Origin: a virus
Lineage: Duplodnaviria > Heunggongvirae > Uroviricota > Caudoviricetes
Direction: 5' to 3' (one strand)
Length of the DNA stretch: 64,000 bases
IMG/VR virus record: IMGVR_UViG_2734482790_000004
The position numbers were made by a program, and so were the translations under genes. Below are positions 10,589 to 21,126 of this stretch, piece after piece; the stretch's first letter is position 1, and every line of letters starts with the position of its first letter. The notes below the pieces were generated by a model. The model saw only the letters and a program-made list of their open reading frames with translations, was not told the DNA's origin and made no database searches.

Positions 10589-10655
10589 AATGATGTCAAG
10601 GAGTTAAGTAATGGCAACGTCTTCGTAGTTGACAAAAACTGCGGCTTAATTATAG

Positions 10656-10672
10656 CAATCAATTAGAGCAAT
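10656..10672 (-). promoter_or_regulatory. C1-operator-like 17-mer (consensus ATTGCTCTAATAAATTT), 14/17
   Basis: CAATCAATTAGAGCAAT; degenerate second copy just upstream. Confidence 0.45.
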
Positions 10673-10803
10673 GGTAGGTATTTTGTTAATCGCGAATCAC
10701 ATTTTTTCACTTCAGTACCTGTGTGCTATACTCCTTCTTGATTGATTGGATGCGGAATACAAACCCGCTCTTTTGTGCAGCCTGGCTCCTTGCCAGGCTT
10801 TTT

Positions 10804-11115
10804 TTATTTCATCATGGAAGCTGTTAACGCTTTGGATCTTGCTGAACTGATTGAAAGGGCATTGTTTACCTTACCCAGGAGTTCGCCAAATTCCCCCATC
10901 ACTCTAGTAAGCCCGCGCCGCGCTTCCTCCTCCGTTGCATTCATCACAAAATGTTCAGCACTCCGCATGCTTTTAACGGGGAACGCAACAGATATCGAGT
11001 CGATATCAGGCATCCTATCGCTCAACTTTACGGTGACAATGACAGATGGTGACTGAATTTGAGAGCTTACAGACAGCACCACATATTTTCCGTCTATTTT
11101 GAAATCCTTCCGCAT
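10804..11115 (-). CDS. 103-aa hypothetical protein between cre and ref (position of P1 cra)
   Basis: ORF on same strand as cre and ref, preceded by operator-like site. Confidence 0.3.
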   Translation of the reverse strand: MRKDFKIDGKYVVLSVSSQIQSPSVIVTVKLSDRMPDIDSISVAFPVKSMRSAEHFVMNATEEEARRGLTRVMGEFGELLGKVNNALSISSARSKALTASMMK

Positions 11116-11131
11116 GTGTCACCATAAATAT

Positions 11132-11148
11132 CAAATAATTAGAGCAAT
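11132..11148 (-). promoter_or_regulatory. C1-operator-like 17-mer, 13/17
   Basis: CAAATAATTAGAGCAAT between cre stop and cra-like ORF. Confidence 0.4.
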
Positions 11149-11165
11149 CAAGCGCAAATGAACGG

Positions 11166-12197
11166 CTAATCGCCATCTTCCAGCAGGCGCACCATTGCCC
11201 CCGTTTCACTATCCAGGTTACGAATGTAGTTCATGACAATATTTACGTTGGTCCAGCCGCCAGCTTGCATGATCTCCGGTATAGAAACTCCGGCGCGGGC
11301 CATATCTCGCGCGGCACCGACACGGGCACTATGTCCAGACCAGGCCAGGTATCGCTGACCAGAGTCATCTTTTGCCCCGTAAATCAATCGGTGAGTTGCT
11401 TCAAAAATCCCTTCCAGGGCGCGAGTTGATAGCTGGCTGGTGGATGATGGCGCGGCAACACCATTTTTTCTGACGCGGCAAAACAGGTAGTTATTCGGAT
11501 CATCAGCTACACCAGAGACAGAAATCCATCGCTCAACCAGTTTAGTTACCCCCAGGCTAAGTGCCTTCTCTACACCAGCGGTGCTAACCAGCGTTTTCGT
11601 TCTGCCAATATGGATTAACATTCTCCCACCGTCAGTACGTGAGATATCTTTAACCCTGATCCTGGAAATTTCGGCTATACGTAACAGGGTGTTATAAGCA
11701 ATCCCCAGAAATGCCAGATTACGTATATCCTGGCAGCGATCGCTATTTTCCATGAGTGAACGAACCTGGTCGAAATCAGTGCGTTCGAACGCCAGTGCCT
11801 GTTTTGCACGTTCACCGGCATCAACGTTTTCTTTTCGGATCCGTCGCATGACCAGTGAAACAGCATTGCTGTCACTTGGTCGTGGCAGACCGGACCGACG
11901 ATGAAGCATATTTAGCTGGCCCAAATGTTGCTGGATAGTTTTCACTGCCAGACCACGCGCCTGAAGATATAGAAGATAATCGCGAACATCTTCAGGTTCT
12001 GCGGGAAACCACTTCCGGTTATTCAACTTGCACCATGCCGCCCACGACCGGCAAACGGACAGAAGCATTTTCCAGGTATGCTCAGAAAACGCCTGGCGAT
12101 CCCTGAACATGTCCATCAGGTTCTTGCGAACCTCATCACTCGTTGCATCGACCGGTAATGCAGGCAAATTTTGGTGTACGGTCAGTAAATTGGACAT
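11166..12197 (-). CDS. cre: Cre site-specific tyrosine recombinase, 343 aa
   Basis: Translation MSNLLTVHQNLPALPVDATSDEVRKNLMDMFRDRQAFSEHTWK... recognised as Cre; loxP 420 bp upstream. Confidence 0.97.
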   Translation of the reverse strand: MSNLLTVHQNLPALPVDATSDEVRKNLMDMFRDRQAFSEHTWKMLLSVCRSWAAWCKLNNRKWFPAEPEDVRDYLLYLQARGLAVKTIQQHLGQLNMLHRRSGLPRPSDSNAVSLVMRRIRKENVDAGERAKQALAFERTDFDQVRSLMENSDRCQDIRNLAFLGIAYNTLLRIAEISRIRVKDISRTDGGRMLIHIGRTKTLVSTAGVEKALSLGVTKLVERWISVSGVADDPNNYLFCRVRKNGVAAPSSTSQLSTRALEGIFEATHRLIYGAKDDSGQRYLAWSGHSARVGAARDMARAGVSIPEIMQAGGWTNVNIVMNYIRNLDSETGAMVRLLEDGD

Positions 12198-12615
12198 TTA
12201 ACACTCAGATAATGGTTTTAAGTAAAGTGTACAGGATCGGCTCTGCCTTTACCTGTTTATGGTTCTCGTCATAGAAACGCCAGCGACCGCGCGTGCGTTC
12301 TATTTTCTCTTCACCGCGCGATAATGACAGTTGACAACTATCACGATCAAACCCTTTTGCCCGCCAGTAACCACGGTTTTTCTCAAGCTCAAGATGAGTG
12401 GACACTTTAGCAGCTGAATATCCCATTTTTCACCTCTGATTGATTGGTGGTGCTAAGTGCGCTACGCGAAATCTGGAGCACTAACACTGCCAACTTTTCA
12501 CAGATTTTACGTAGCGCAAACTTGATCAAATGATCAAGTGATCACTATTTGACCTGATAAGGTATTGAACTGTATGGATTTACAGGTAAATTGATCATGT
12601 TCAATAACCCTTAAT

Positions 12616-12649
12616 ATAACTTCGTATAATGTATGCTATACGAAGTTAT
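12616..12649. other. loxP: loxP recombination site (34 bp)
   Basis: Exact ATAACTTCGTATA-ATGTATGC-TATACGAAGTTAT. Confidence 0.97.
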
Positions 12650-12692
12650 TAGGTCCGAAGAGGAGTTTACGTCCAGCCGCGCATAAAAATCA

Positions 12693-12709
12693 AGAATTAT
12701 TAGAGCAAT
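12693..12709 (-). promoter_or_regulatory. C1-operator-like 17-mer, 15/17
   Basis: AGAATTATTAGAGCAAT. Confidence 0.55.
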
Positions 12710-12775
12710 AAAATTTGAGAGAAAAATCCCACTCCACCAACCAAATACTGGATTGTTTTTCATAGTTGTTTGACA

Positions 12776-12792
12776 ATTGCTCTAATAAATTA
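12776..12792 (+). promoter_or_regulatory. C1-operator-like 17-mer, 16/17
   Basis: ATTGCTCTAATAAATTA. Confidence 0.6.
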
Positions 12793-13030
12793 TAGTTTTG
12801 CCGCCGTTTCGTAATACGACTTTGGACTCACTACTTAATGTGTCTTCAGCGTTGTAGAGCGGCTCAGAAGGAAATGAGCAAACAGGGAAACCTTATACAA
12901 CGGCATTACCGCTATGCATTGCTCATCTTACACACAGCGCAATGTTGATAGATAACCCCAGCATGGAACATGGGTGAAACAGTAGGTCAGAGCTTCAGGC
13001 TCTGTGTTGTCAATACAGTGAGGCATAATT

Positions 13031-13240
13031 ATGGCTTTCATTCCACCAACCATCGACGATGTTAGACATTGCTCTAACGCTTTATCTGTAGACCCCGCCG
13101 AAACCGACGCTGCTCGCGCCATTGCTGAACACTACTCAAAGATATCCAATCAGGAGTACCGCATCACCCCAGACGACCTGGATGATCTCACTGACACAAT
13201 CGAATATCTCATGGCAACTAACCAGTTAGACTCACAATAA
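13031..13240 (+). CDS. coi: Coi (C1 inactivator), 69 aa
   Basis: 69-aa ORF immediately upstream of c1, as in P1 immC. Confidence 0.65.
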   Translation: MAFIPPTIDDVRHCSNALSVDPAETDAARAIAEHYSKISNQEYRITPDDLDDLTDTIEYLMATNQLDSQ

Positions 13241-13256
13241 ATGCACTAATAAATCT
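13240..13256 (+). promoter_or_regulatory. C1-operator-like 17-mer upstream of c1, 14/17
   Basis: AATGCACTAATAAATCT. Confidence 0.4.
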
Positions 13257-13350
13257 ATTATTTTTGTCTGTTCCCTCTATAATATAGGTCAGTAATGACC
13301 GGTTTTCTCAGCCGGGCGTTATTGGCCATGTCAATTCTGGAGGAGGATCA

Positions 13351-14202
13351 ATGATAAATTATGTCTACGGCGAACAACTGTACCAGGAGTTCGTCAGCTT
13401 CAGGGATCTCTTTCTAAAAAAAGCTGTTGCACGCGCCCAACACGTTGATACAGCCAGCGACGGTCGTCCTGTACGCCCGGTTGTCGTTCTACCGTTCAAA
13501 GAAACTGACAGCATTCAGGCTGAAATTGATAAATGGACTTTAATGGCGCGGGAACTGGAACAGTACCCAGACCTCAATATCCCAAAGACTATTTTATATC
13601 CAGTGCCTAACATCCTTCGCGGTGTGCGTAAGGTTACAACTTATCAGACAGAGGCTGTGAACAGCGTCAACATGACCGCTGGCCGCATTATTCATCTGAT
13701 TGATAAGGACATTCGCATCCAAAAAAGCGCGGGGATCAATGAGCACAGTGCGAAATACATAGAGAACCTGGAAGCAACAAAAGAGCTAATGAAGCAGTAC
13801 CCGGAGGATGAAAAATTCCGTATGCGCGTACACGGCTTTAGCGAAACAATGCTGCGCGTCCATTACATTTCCAGTAGCCCTAACTACAATGATGGTAAAT
13901 CAGTTAGTTACCATGTGCCGCTATGTGGCGTGTTTATCTGCGATGAAACTCTCCGAGATGGAATCATCATCAACGGTGAATTTGAGAAAGCAAAATTTAG
14001 CCTTTATGACTCTATAGAACCGATCATCTGCGACCGCTGGCCGCAGGCAAAAATATATCGCCTGGCAGATATTGAAAATGTAAAAAAACAAATTGCCATC
14101 ACTCGCGAAGAGAAAAAGGTCAAATCAGCCGCATCAGTTACGCGCAGGCGCAAAACTAAGAAGGGGCAGCCAGTAAACGACAACCCCGAAAGCGCGCAAT
14201 AG
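13351..14202 (+). CDS. c1: C1 repressor of lysis, 283 aa
   Basis: 283 aa as P1 C1; sits between coi and pacB; many operator 17-mers across window. Confidence 0.75.
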   Translation: MINYVYGEQLYQEFVSFRDLFLKKAVARAQHVDTASDGRPVRPVVVLPFKETDSIQAEIDKWTLMARELEQYPDLNIPKTILYPVPNILRGVRKVTTYQTEAVNSVNMTAGRIIHLIDKDIRIQKSAGINEHSAKYIENLEATKELMKQYPEDEKFRMRVHGFSETMLRVHYISSSPNYNDGKSVSYHVPLCGVFICDETLRDGIIINGEFEKAKFSLYDSIEPIICDRWPQAKIYRLADIENVKKQIAITREEKKVKSAASVTRRRKTKKGQPVNDNPESAQ

Positions 14203-14226
14203 TTTCCATCCGGCATGGTTAATGAG

Positions 14227-15711
14227 TTATTCATTAAGCCATGCCAGAGCTTCATCAACCTGCGCTTCGTCTTCGACGCTAAGCACTTCATCTTGGGGAA
14301 CATAGTTCGCCAACATAGCGAAACAATATGTATCCCAATGGTCCGGTGAGTGCAGGTTGAGTTTTTTCTTCATATCTTCCTTTGACATCACCTTCCATTG
14401 ACCTGCGGAATTTATCCCTACCGGTATCTTTGATGCTTCCTCTATAGTCGCAGCCCCCTTATCAAGCCTCATACGCCCTGATTTTACAGCTTCTGCCGCC
14501 TGAATATTCGCGAAAGCGCGCATATCGAAATAAAGGCTTTTATCTTCACGGCTGTGCATCTTTTTACCCCAGCGGATACGCTGGACGGTAATGCCATAGC
14601 GTTCGTACATTAGATCAGCCGTCGATTTCCCCAAGCCATCGCCATCAATAGCTATGGTTATGTTCGGGAACCGTTCTGGGTTACATTCTGCGAAAATCTT
14701 GGCGGCTAACTGCGTTTCTGTAACGTCTGTGTATTCCAGCATACGATAGTTGATTACACGGCGTTTATTTCGCTGGCCGGACACCATCATGATATTAATA
14801 ACGGACTTATCTCGTCCTGTGCCACCAGCAACGTCAACACATGCAACCCAGCCCCATCCTTTGGCAATCTTGACCTTTCGCCGCGTCGCCCGCTCAACCT
14901 CATCACGACCAAGAAGAAAGCCATCTTGAGATTTGGGAAATTCACCACGTACTTTGATCATGTACATGGGGTTATCACGACCGCCATACTCCGCAAGTTT
15001 TGCTCGTATAAATTTTGCATCTACAAGCGGAGATTCTTCACTATTCAGTATTATCGCAGTAAACAATCCATCAGGATTTCCCGGGCGAATAGCTAGTCTG
15101 TGGTGTGAATCGTAGAAATAGCCTGAAGGTCGCGTAGGCTGGGAAAGAAGCAGAATACGGTTATCCTTACCGGTCAGCGCACCTGTTATCACACTGAATG
15201 CTTTATCACTCACACCCGACGCTTCGTCGATGATATACAAGAGATGATCGGCGTGTTCACCAGCCAACGCCTCCTCATTTCCGGGGCGACAGGACTTTAT
15301 CAATATTGTCCAAACACCCTTGCCAGTCACCTCAAAAAAAGACGTTTCTGTAAGAATGAAATACTTCGACAACCACGGGAATCTGCTAACAGCAGTGGCC
15401 CAATTGCTCTTTATGTATTTGAAAATACCATCAAGGACTTGCTGTCTTTTGTTAGCGACCAGAATGACGCGAGCGCCGGGGAAAAACATGATGAAGAGTA
15501 TTGCAATGATACTCGTCATATCCGATTTACCAGTACCATGGCCGGATGTCACACTTGTCCAACTGCCGTCCTGCTGCGTGGACTCAATGATCTCATCCTG
15601 CTGCCAGGTTGGTGTCTTCCCAAACAACACATCAGCGGCCGCAATCCAGTCATAACGATATAGCGCCACCAGCTCGCGCCAACGTGGGTCCGTTACGCAA
15701 CTTCTGGCCAT
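14227..15711 (-). CDS. pacB: Terminase large subunit PacB, 494 aa
   Basis: Walker A SGHGTGKS; size matches P1 PacB; follows pacA. Confidence 0.8.
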
Positions 15712-16904
15712 TAATCATCATCCCCGTACAGTTTGCGGGTAACTTCTTCGTCTTCCTCCTCGTCTTCGTCCAGATCCTGTTCAAGCCATGCTTCGTTTGA
15801 TATGCCTTCCGCATCGACATCACCATAACCACCTGTATCGACGATATCGGCAATTTCTTCTCTACGATGCTCAATCCACAATGCCGCATCAGCGCGGCGG
15901 CTGGCGGCCCGTTCTCGCGCGATTTTATCCAGATCTTCAAGTGATGGAGCGCCAGATGCTGTTTGGTTTTCCTCATCATCGGTATTGGTCTTAGGAGCAC
16001 GCAGATCGGCTTTGATTTGCTCCAGCATCAGGGGCGGCACTTTTCCTCCATGCGCCTCGATGAATTCAGCCGCTTCCAGCACTGACCAGTTATTTTCACG
16101 CTTTCGTTCGTATGCCAGCTTAACAATGCCAGCTTGCCCCATAGATAAAGCGTGCTTTTCCGCCTCCCGGCTTTCTTTTCGATAGTTATTCCGGATGCTG
16201 TAAATGGTGTTGATCAGGCTGCTTATCTGCGCGGAACAGCTGTTTAGCATGCTCGCGATACGGTATTCAGGCGGAGTACCTTCATCATCGTCTTTTTGCT
16301 GATCTCGCATTTCCTGCACCAGGCGAATACACGTATCCCTGGCGTTCTCCAGCATAAGGAGATGAGAAAGTGACTTTTCCAGAAGAGTGGTTTCCAGAAC
16401 ATCGGCCCCGGACCGACGCAACATAGCGCGCGCGGCCTTCCGCGCTTCAATGTTATCTATCAGGTAATCGTCAGCTTCGAATTCAAAGCGTTCACCATCA
16501 TCATCCAGGGTGTCGCGTTCCAGGCGATCACGTAAGGTCCGGTGGGCGCGGGTGATCACGTCATGATCATCTGAACGATCATTTATGCGCTTATTTTGGC
16601 GCTTCGCATTCTCGACTGCGGCACTGACAACGGCATTAACTCTTTGTTTTTCCGCTGTTTCAGCCGCAATGTGATCACCTGCATGTTGATCATTAGAGTG
16701 ATCAATGATCATGCTTTTTAGAGGCTTCCTGACAGGCTTATTTGGCTTGCGGCTGTCCGCTGTCCTGGTGTCTTCTTTGAAGGCACGGAGATAACGACGT
16801 GCGGTATTAGGGTTAAGATTAAACTCGGCGGCATACTGTGCGATGGTGTAACCACCATCTCGCGCCAGGCGAGCAAAATTCTTCTTGTGATCGTCCCAGG
16901 TCAC
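15711..16904 (-). CDS. pacA: Terminase small subunit PacA, 397 aa, containing pac site
   Basis: 397 aa; internal TGATCA hexamer clusters. Confidence 0.75.
16516..16711. other. pac: pac packaging site: two clusters of TGATCA-type Dam hexamers (4 + 4) inside pacA
   Basis: Hexamers at 16516-16571 and 16672-16711. Confidence 0.6.
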
Positions 16905-16989
16905 TTATGCTTCCTTTCGTAAAAACTCTTTTTGACGCGAGGGTAACGAAAGTCACATGTCAAAAGGCCCGGAACGGGCAAGCAATCAA

Positions 16990-17442
16990 TCAGATACGTG
17001 CGGATGTGGCATTACCGTAATGACGGTGCTGACGGGCTACCTTATTGAAAAGTTGACGCGCCATTACCCAAGGCTGGTGTTCCCGGCGTTCCTTTTCGTC
17101 CTGCGTCATATAGAGTTCGTTCTGGAGTTTTTCATCAAACCGGCGCGGCGCGCGGCTGCGGCGAAAGAATTCAGGATTCAGAGAGTGGATCTGAAATCTA
17201 CGTGGGCGTGTACTGTCATCAATCAAAACAGACGAATACTTAGACACAGCGATAGCCTTTAAGCGCAGATAAACGTCGCGCTTATCGACATCCAGATGCG
17301 GGTATTCCTTTTCAAGGATTGCTGCGAGTTCTTTCGCTGATAGAAGAGATTTGGTGCGGATCATGTAATCCGCAATCTCATACGATGTTATTCGTAAGTG
17401 ATTTATTTCCATGAAGTGGCGTCCCTGCCAGTTAAGTAACAT
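16990..17442 (-). CDS. lpa: Late promoter activator Lpa-like, 150 aa
   Basis: 150-aa ORF upstream of pacA, preceded by operator-like site. Confidence 0.5.
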   Translation of the reverse strand: MLLNWQGRHFMEINHLRITSYEIADYMIRTKSLLSAKELAAILEKEYPHLDVDKRDVYLRLKAIAVSKYSSVLIDDSTRPRRFQIHSLNPEFFRRSRAPRRFDEKLQNELYMTQDEKERREHQPWVMARQLFNKVARQHRHYGNATSARI

Positions 17443-17512
17443 CCTGTCACCTACTGATTAGCCCATGTCAACTAATCAACGTGGAATATAATACCCTAGA
17501 TTAAATAAATAG

Positions 17513-17529
17513 CAATACATTAGAGCAAT
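17513..17529 (-). promoter_or_regulatory. C1-operator-like 17-mer, 14/17
   Basis: CAATACATTAGAGCAAT upstream of lpa. Confidence 0.45.
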
Positions 17530-17530
17530 T

Positions 17531-18574
17531 TTATCTAACGTTCGACGAGTGACTTGTGATAGCGCCGACTCCAAGCGCGTAATCAAAGAACAATCGTTGA
17601 TGCATCGCCAGCCTACCGTGCGTCTTCTCCCAATTATCGCGGTCACGCTCAATATCACGTTGGCATGACTGGCACAGAGGAATTGCGTAAATGTCATGCG
17701 CGCATAATCGACTATGACGAACGATATAAGGCGTAATGTGAGCGCCAGCTCCCGCCGCTCCACACCCACAGCATGGACGGGAAGCAACAAAGTCCATGTA
17801 CTCAGGTAATTTTAGCGATTGCAGTTTTGGGATTTTGAAATGCGCCATGCCAGGGTCGGAGTCAACATCCACAGGGCATACTTTTGCACGCATCGGCGCG
17901 GCGCGTTCTTCCATCATCTGAACATATGCTGTAGCGCGATCGTCATACGGGCGAATATCCGCCTCTTTCAGAGGTCCGCTATCCTGCGTTGCGGCTTTCA
18001 TCTTATTTATTGATATACGGCAAACTTCTTCCGGCATCAGGTGCATCATGTTGCGCATGAAAGCCCACCAGCACAGTTCCTGAATACTTAAATCATGGCC
18101 ATCTGAAAGCCCCATTTCCTGACGGGCGACATCCAGTATCCAGTTAACGCGATTATTATGCAGCGTTTCTTTCAGCTCATTAAAACCACGCATCCGGTAA
18201 TGGTTATCGTGATGCCAGCACAACAACACCGCGCTATTATCTCGTTCAGCGTGGACAATATGGTTGTCACACCAGCTACGATCTGCGGCCTGGCATCGCC
18301 CCTCTTTCCTGCGCAACCACGCCACCAGCGCGTCAATTCCACCAATACGACGAAACAGCTCATCGCTGTTAAAAAACGGCTGCAACGCCTCATTTGTTGC
18401 CATGGTTTGCTCGGAAACAACGAGGCCGTCGTCCATGTGCTCGATTAACTCACGCGGCACCGGCTCCATAATAAATTTACGGCCAGCCTCCACCAGCTTT
18501 CTGACTTCCTGATCCACTTTGAATGTGGCGACGCCAAGCTCTTTTTGTACAAAGGGAGTAATAATGGCTTTCAC
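17531..18574 (-). CDS. Cys-rich 347-aa protein downstream of doc (PdcB position)
   Basis: Long ORF in operon order phd-doc-66aa-347aa. Confidence 0.4.
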   Translation of the reverse strand: MKAIITPFVQKELGVATFKVDQEVRKLVEAGRKFIMEPVPRELIEHMDDGLVVSEQTMATNEALQPFFNSDELFRRIGGIDALVAWLRRKEGRCQAADRSWCDNHIVHAERDNSAVLLCWHHDNHYRMRGFNELKETLHNNRVNWILDVARQEMGLSDGHDLSIQELCWWAFMRNMMHLMPEEVCRISINKMKAATQDSGPLKEADIRPYDDRATAYVQMMEERAAPMRAKVCPVDVDSDPGMAHFKIPKLQSLKLPEYMDFVASRPCCGCGAAGAGAHITPYIVRHSRLCAHDIYAIPLCQSCQRDIERDRDNWEKTHGRLAMHQRLFFDYALGVGAITSHSSNVR

Positions 18575-18601
18575 ATCACACCTTTCATCACTGATTGGGC
18601 T

Positions 18602-18802
18602 TTATCTGCTGCCCGGCATTCTCTGTTTAAGCACAACCATTTCCTGACGGCATAACACAGCAATAGCGGTCCTGGCACCAATTTGCTTACCAACCAGGTA
18701 TTGCTTTACCTCGCGGCGACTCACGCCATCAAGAAGCATCTTTAACGCTTCACGGGACAACTTGTTGTATTTACGTGCCATTAATCTACTCCGCAGAACC
18801 AT
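18602..18802 (-). CDS. 66-aa hypothetical protein downstream of doc (PdcA position)
   Basis: Small ORF, overlaps doc 3' end. Confidence 0.3.
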   Translation of the reverse strand: MVLRSRLMARKYNKLSREALKMLLDGVSRREVKQYLVGKQIGARTAIAVLCRQEMVVLKQRMPGSR

Positions 18803-19166
18803 ACAATCTACGTAACGTGTCGGCGACAGAAGATACAGATATCTCGCCAGTCGCAGCGCCTACAGTAAGGTCTGCCAGTTCAGGTGAATCAAATACCTGC
18901 ACCCCGTTACGGCGTAGAAATAGCAGCGCGCTGTTTAGCGCGGTACGCTTATTGGCATCATTGAATATATGCCCTCTCGCTGTAGCCACCAGGTAGGTGG
19001 CGGAGACTTCGAAAAGGTCGGTGATATCTTCGTAGGCAACTCTGGCCTGAACTCTCCCGATAATGGCCTCTGCCCTACCCGGATCTGACATGCCCGGCAG
19101 GCCGCCGTAGCGGTTTATATTCGCATCATGAAGCGCAATAAGTTCTTCCGGTGATATATGCCTCAT
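18786..19166 (-). CDS. doc: Doc toxin (Fic-fold kinase), 126 aa
   Basis: 126 aa, translation recognised; 1-nt overlap with phd. Confidence 0.9.
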   Translation of the reverse strand: MRHISPEELIALHDANINRYGGLPGMSDPGRAEAIIGRVQARVAYEDITDLFEVSATYLVATARGHIFNDANKRTALNSALLFLRRNGVQVFDSPELADLTVGAATGEISVSSVADTLRRLYGSAE

Positions 19167-19387
19167 TATCGGTTAACCAGTTCCTTGTTGGTGGAGTCCA
19201 GGGTGTCAAACAGGGATGCAAATTCAGCATCCAGCGCCGCTTTTTTGTAGGCTTCGAAAGTAGCCTTGCTGACAATTACTGCTGGCTCACGGCCTCTGCG
19301 GGTGATTTCAACCTCTTCCCCGGCTTCAACATTGTTGAGCACTTCAGAAAGGTTGCCACGCGCGGTACGGAAGTTAATGGATTGCAT
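19166..19387 (-). CDS. phd: Phd antitoxin, 73 aa
   Basis: [41 protein letters not shown]... recognised; start taken at third codon of track ORF. Confidence 0.9.
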   Translation of the reverse strand: MQSINFRTARGNLSEVLNNVEAGEEVEITRRGREPAVIVSKATFEAYKKAALDAEFASLFDTLDSTNKELVNR

Positions 19388-19396
19388 AAACACCTC

Positions 19397-19417
19397 GTGT
19401 ACTCGTTATGTGTACAC
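19397..19417. promoter_or_regulatory. phd-doc operator palindromes (GTGTAC / GTGTACAC)
   Basis: Two palindromic sites upstream of phd. Confidence 0.45.
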
Positions 19418-19563
19418 GATTATAAACTTCACAGGCATAAAGCACCAGCACTTTGCGGCTTAACAAACCTCTAGGCAGGTCATTCGTAGCCTAATGTCCG
19501 AACTGTTAAAGCATCCAAGTTGCTGTAGAATCACCGCCAATTACATAAGCCTGAAATAAGTGG

Positions 19564-21126
19564 ATGAAAATGACAAGTATTCAACAACGTGCAGAGCTTC
19601 ATCGTCAAATCTGGCAAATTGCTAACGATGTCAGGGGTTCGGTCGATGGATGGGATTTTAAGCAATACGTTCTGGGCGCACTTTTCTACCGTTTTATCAG
19701 CGAAAATTTTTCCAGCTATATTGAAGCCGGTGATGACAGCATCTGTTATGCGAAACTGGATGACAGCGTAATTACTGATGACATTAAAGACGATGCCATC
19801 AAAACCAAAGGCTACTTCATCTACCCAAGTCAGCTTTTCTGCAACGTAGCTGCGAAAGCAAATACCAATGACAGACTGAACGCAGATTTAAACAGCATCT
19901 TCGTTGCTATCGAAAGTTCTGCTTACGGTTATCCTTCAGAAGCAGACATCAAAGGTTTGTTTGCTGATTTCGATACCACCAGTAACCGCCTGGGTAACAC
20001 CGTTAAGGATAAAAATGCCCGCCTGGCCGCGGTTCTGAAAGGGGTTGAAGGGTTAAAGCTTGGCGACTTTAACGAACATCAGATTGACCTGTTCGGCGAT
20101 GCCTATGAGTTCCTGATTTCTAACTATGCCGCGAATGCCGGTAAGTCAGGCGGCGAGTTCTTTACACCGCAGCACGTCTCTAAGCTGATTGCACAACTGG
20201 CTATGCACGGGCAGACCCACGTTAACAAAATCTACGACCCGGCAGCAGGTTCCGGTTCTCTGTTATTGCAGGCTAAAAAGCAGTTTGATGACCACATCAT
20301 CGAAGAAGGTTTTTTTGGTCAGGAAATCAACCATACGACCTATAACCTGGCGCGTATGAACATGTTTTTGCACAACATCAACTACGACAAGTTTGATATC
20401 AAGCTGGGCAATACGCTGACTGAGCCGCACTTCAGAGATGAAAAACCGTTTGATGCCATCGTTTCTAACCCGCCGTATTCGGTGAAATGGATTGGCAGCG
20501 ATGACCCGACGCTGATTAACGATGAGCGTTTTGCCCCGGCTGGCGTTCTGGCCCCCAAATCCAAAGCTGACTTTGCGTTTGTATTACATGCGCTGAACTA
20601 TCTTTCGGCCAAAGGTCGTGCTGCGATTGTCTGCTTCCCGGGTATTTTTTACCGTGGCGGCGCAGAGCAGAAAATCCGTCAGTATCTGGTCGATAATAAC
20701 TATGTCGAAACCGTAATTTCACTGGCTCCGAACCTGTTCTTTGGCACCACCATTGCCGTAAACATTCTGGTTCTGTCCAAACATAAAACGGATACCAACG
20801 TTCAGTTTATTGATGCCAGCGAACTGTTCAAAAAAGAGACCAACAACAATATCCTGACCGATGCCCATATCGAACAGATTATGCAGGTATTTGCCAGCAA
20901 GGAAGATGTTGCTCATCTGGCAAAATCTGTCGCGTTCGAAGCCGTTGTCGCGAATGACTATAACCTGTCGGTGAGCAGCTATGTGGAAGCGAAAGATAAC
21001 CGCGAAATTATCAATATTGCTGAACTGAATGCAGAGCTGAAAACCACGGTCAGCAAAATCGACCAGTTGCGTAAAGATATTGATGCAATTGTGGCTGAAA
21101 TTGAAGGCTGCGAGGTGCAGAAATGA
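19564..21126 (+). CDS. hsdM: Type I R-M methyltransferase subunit HsdM (EcoR124-like, family IC), 520 aa
   Basis: NPPY motif ([10 protein letters not shown]), AdoMet motif DPAAGSGS; near-identity to remembered EcoR124I HsdM. Confidence 0.9.
   Translation: MKMTSIQQRAELHRQIWQIANDVRGSVDGWDFKQYVLGALFYRFISENFSSYIEAGDDSICYAKLDDSVITDDIKDDAIKTKGYFIYPSQLFCNVAAKANTNDRLNADLNSIFVAIESSAYGYPSEADIKGLFADFDTTSNRLGNTVKDKNARLAAVLKGVEGLKLGDFNEHQIDLFGDAYEFLISNYAANAGKSGGEFFTPQHVSKLIAQLAMHGQTHVNKIYDPAAGSGSLLLQAKKQFDDHIIEEGFFGQEINHTTYNLARMNMFLHNINYDKFDIKLGNTLTEPHFRDEKPFDAIVSNPPYSVKWIGSDDPTLINDERFAPAGVLAPKSKADFAFVLHALNYLSAKGRAAIVCFPGIFYRGGAEQKIRQYLVDNNYVETVISLAPNLFFGTTIAVNILVLSKHKTDTNVQFIDASELFKKETNNNILTDAHIEQIMQVFASKEDVAHLAKSVAFEAVVANDYNLSVSSYVEAKDNREIINIAELNAELKTTVSKIDQLRKDIDAIVAEIEGCEVQK

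Noticed and set aside
12205-12426. 73-aa ORF between cre and loxP
   Set aside because: Lies in the region expected to hold cre promoters and Dam sites; no SD and no recognisable protein features.
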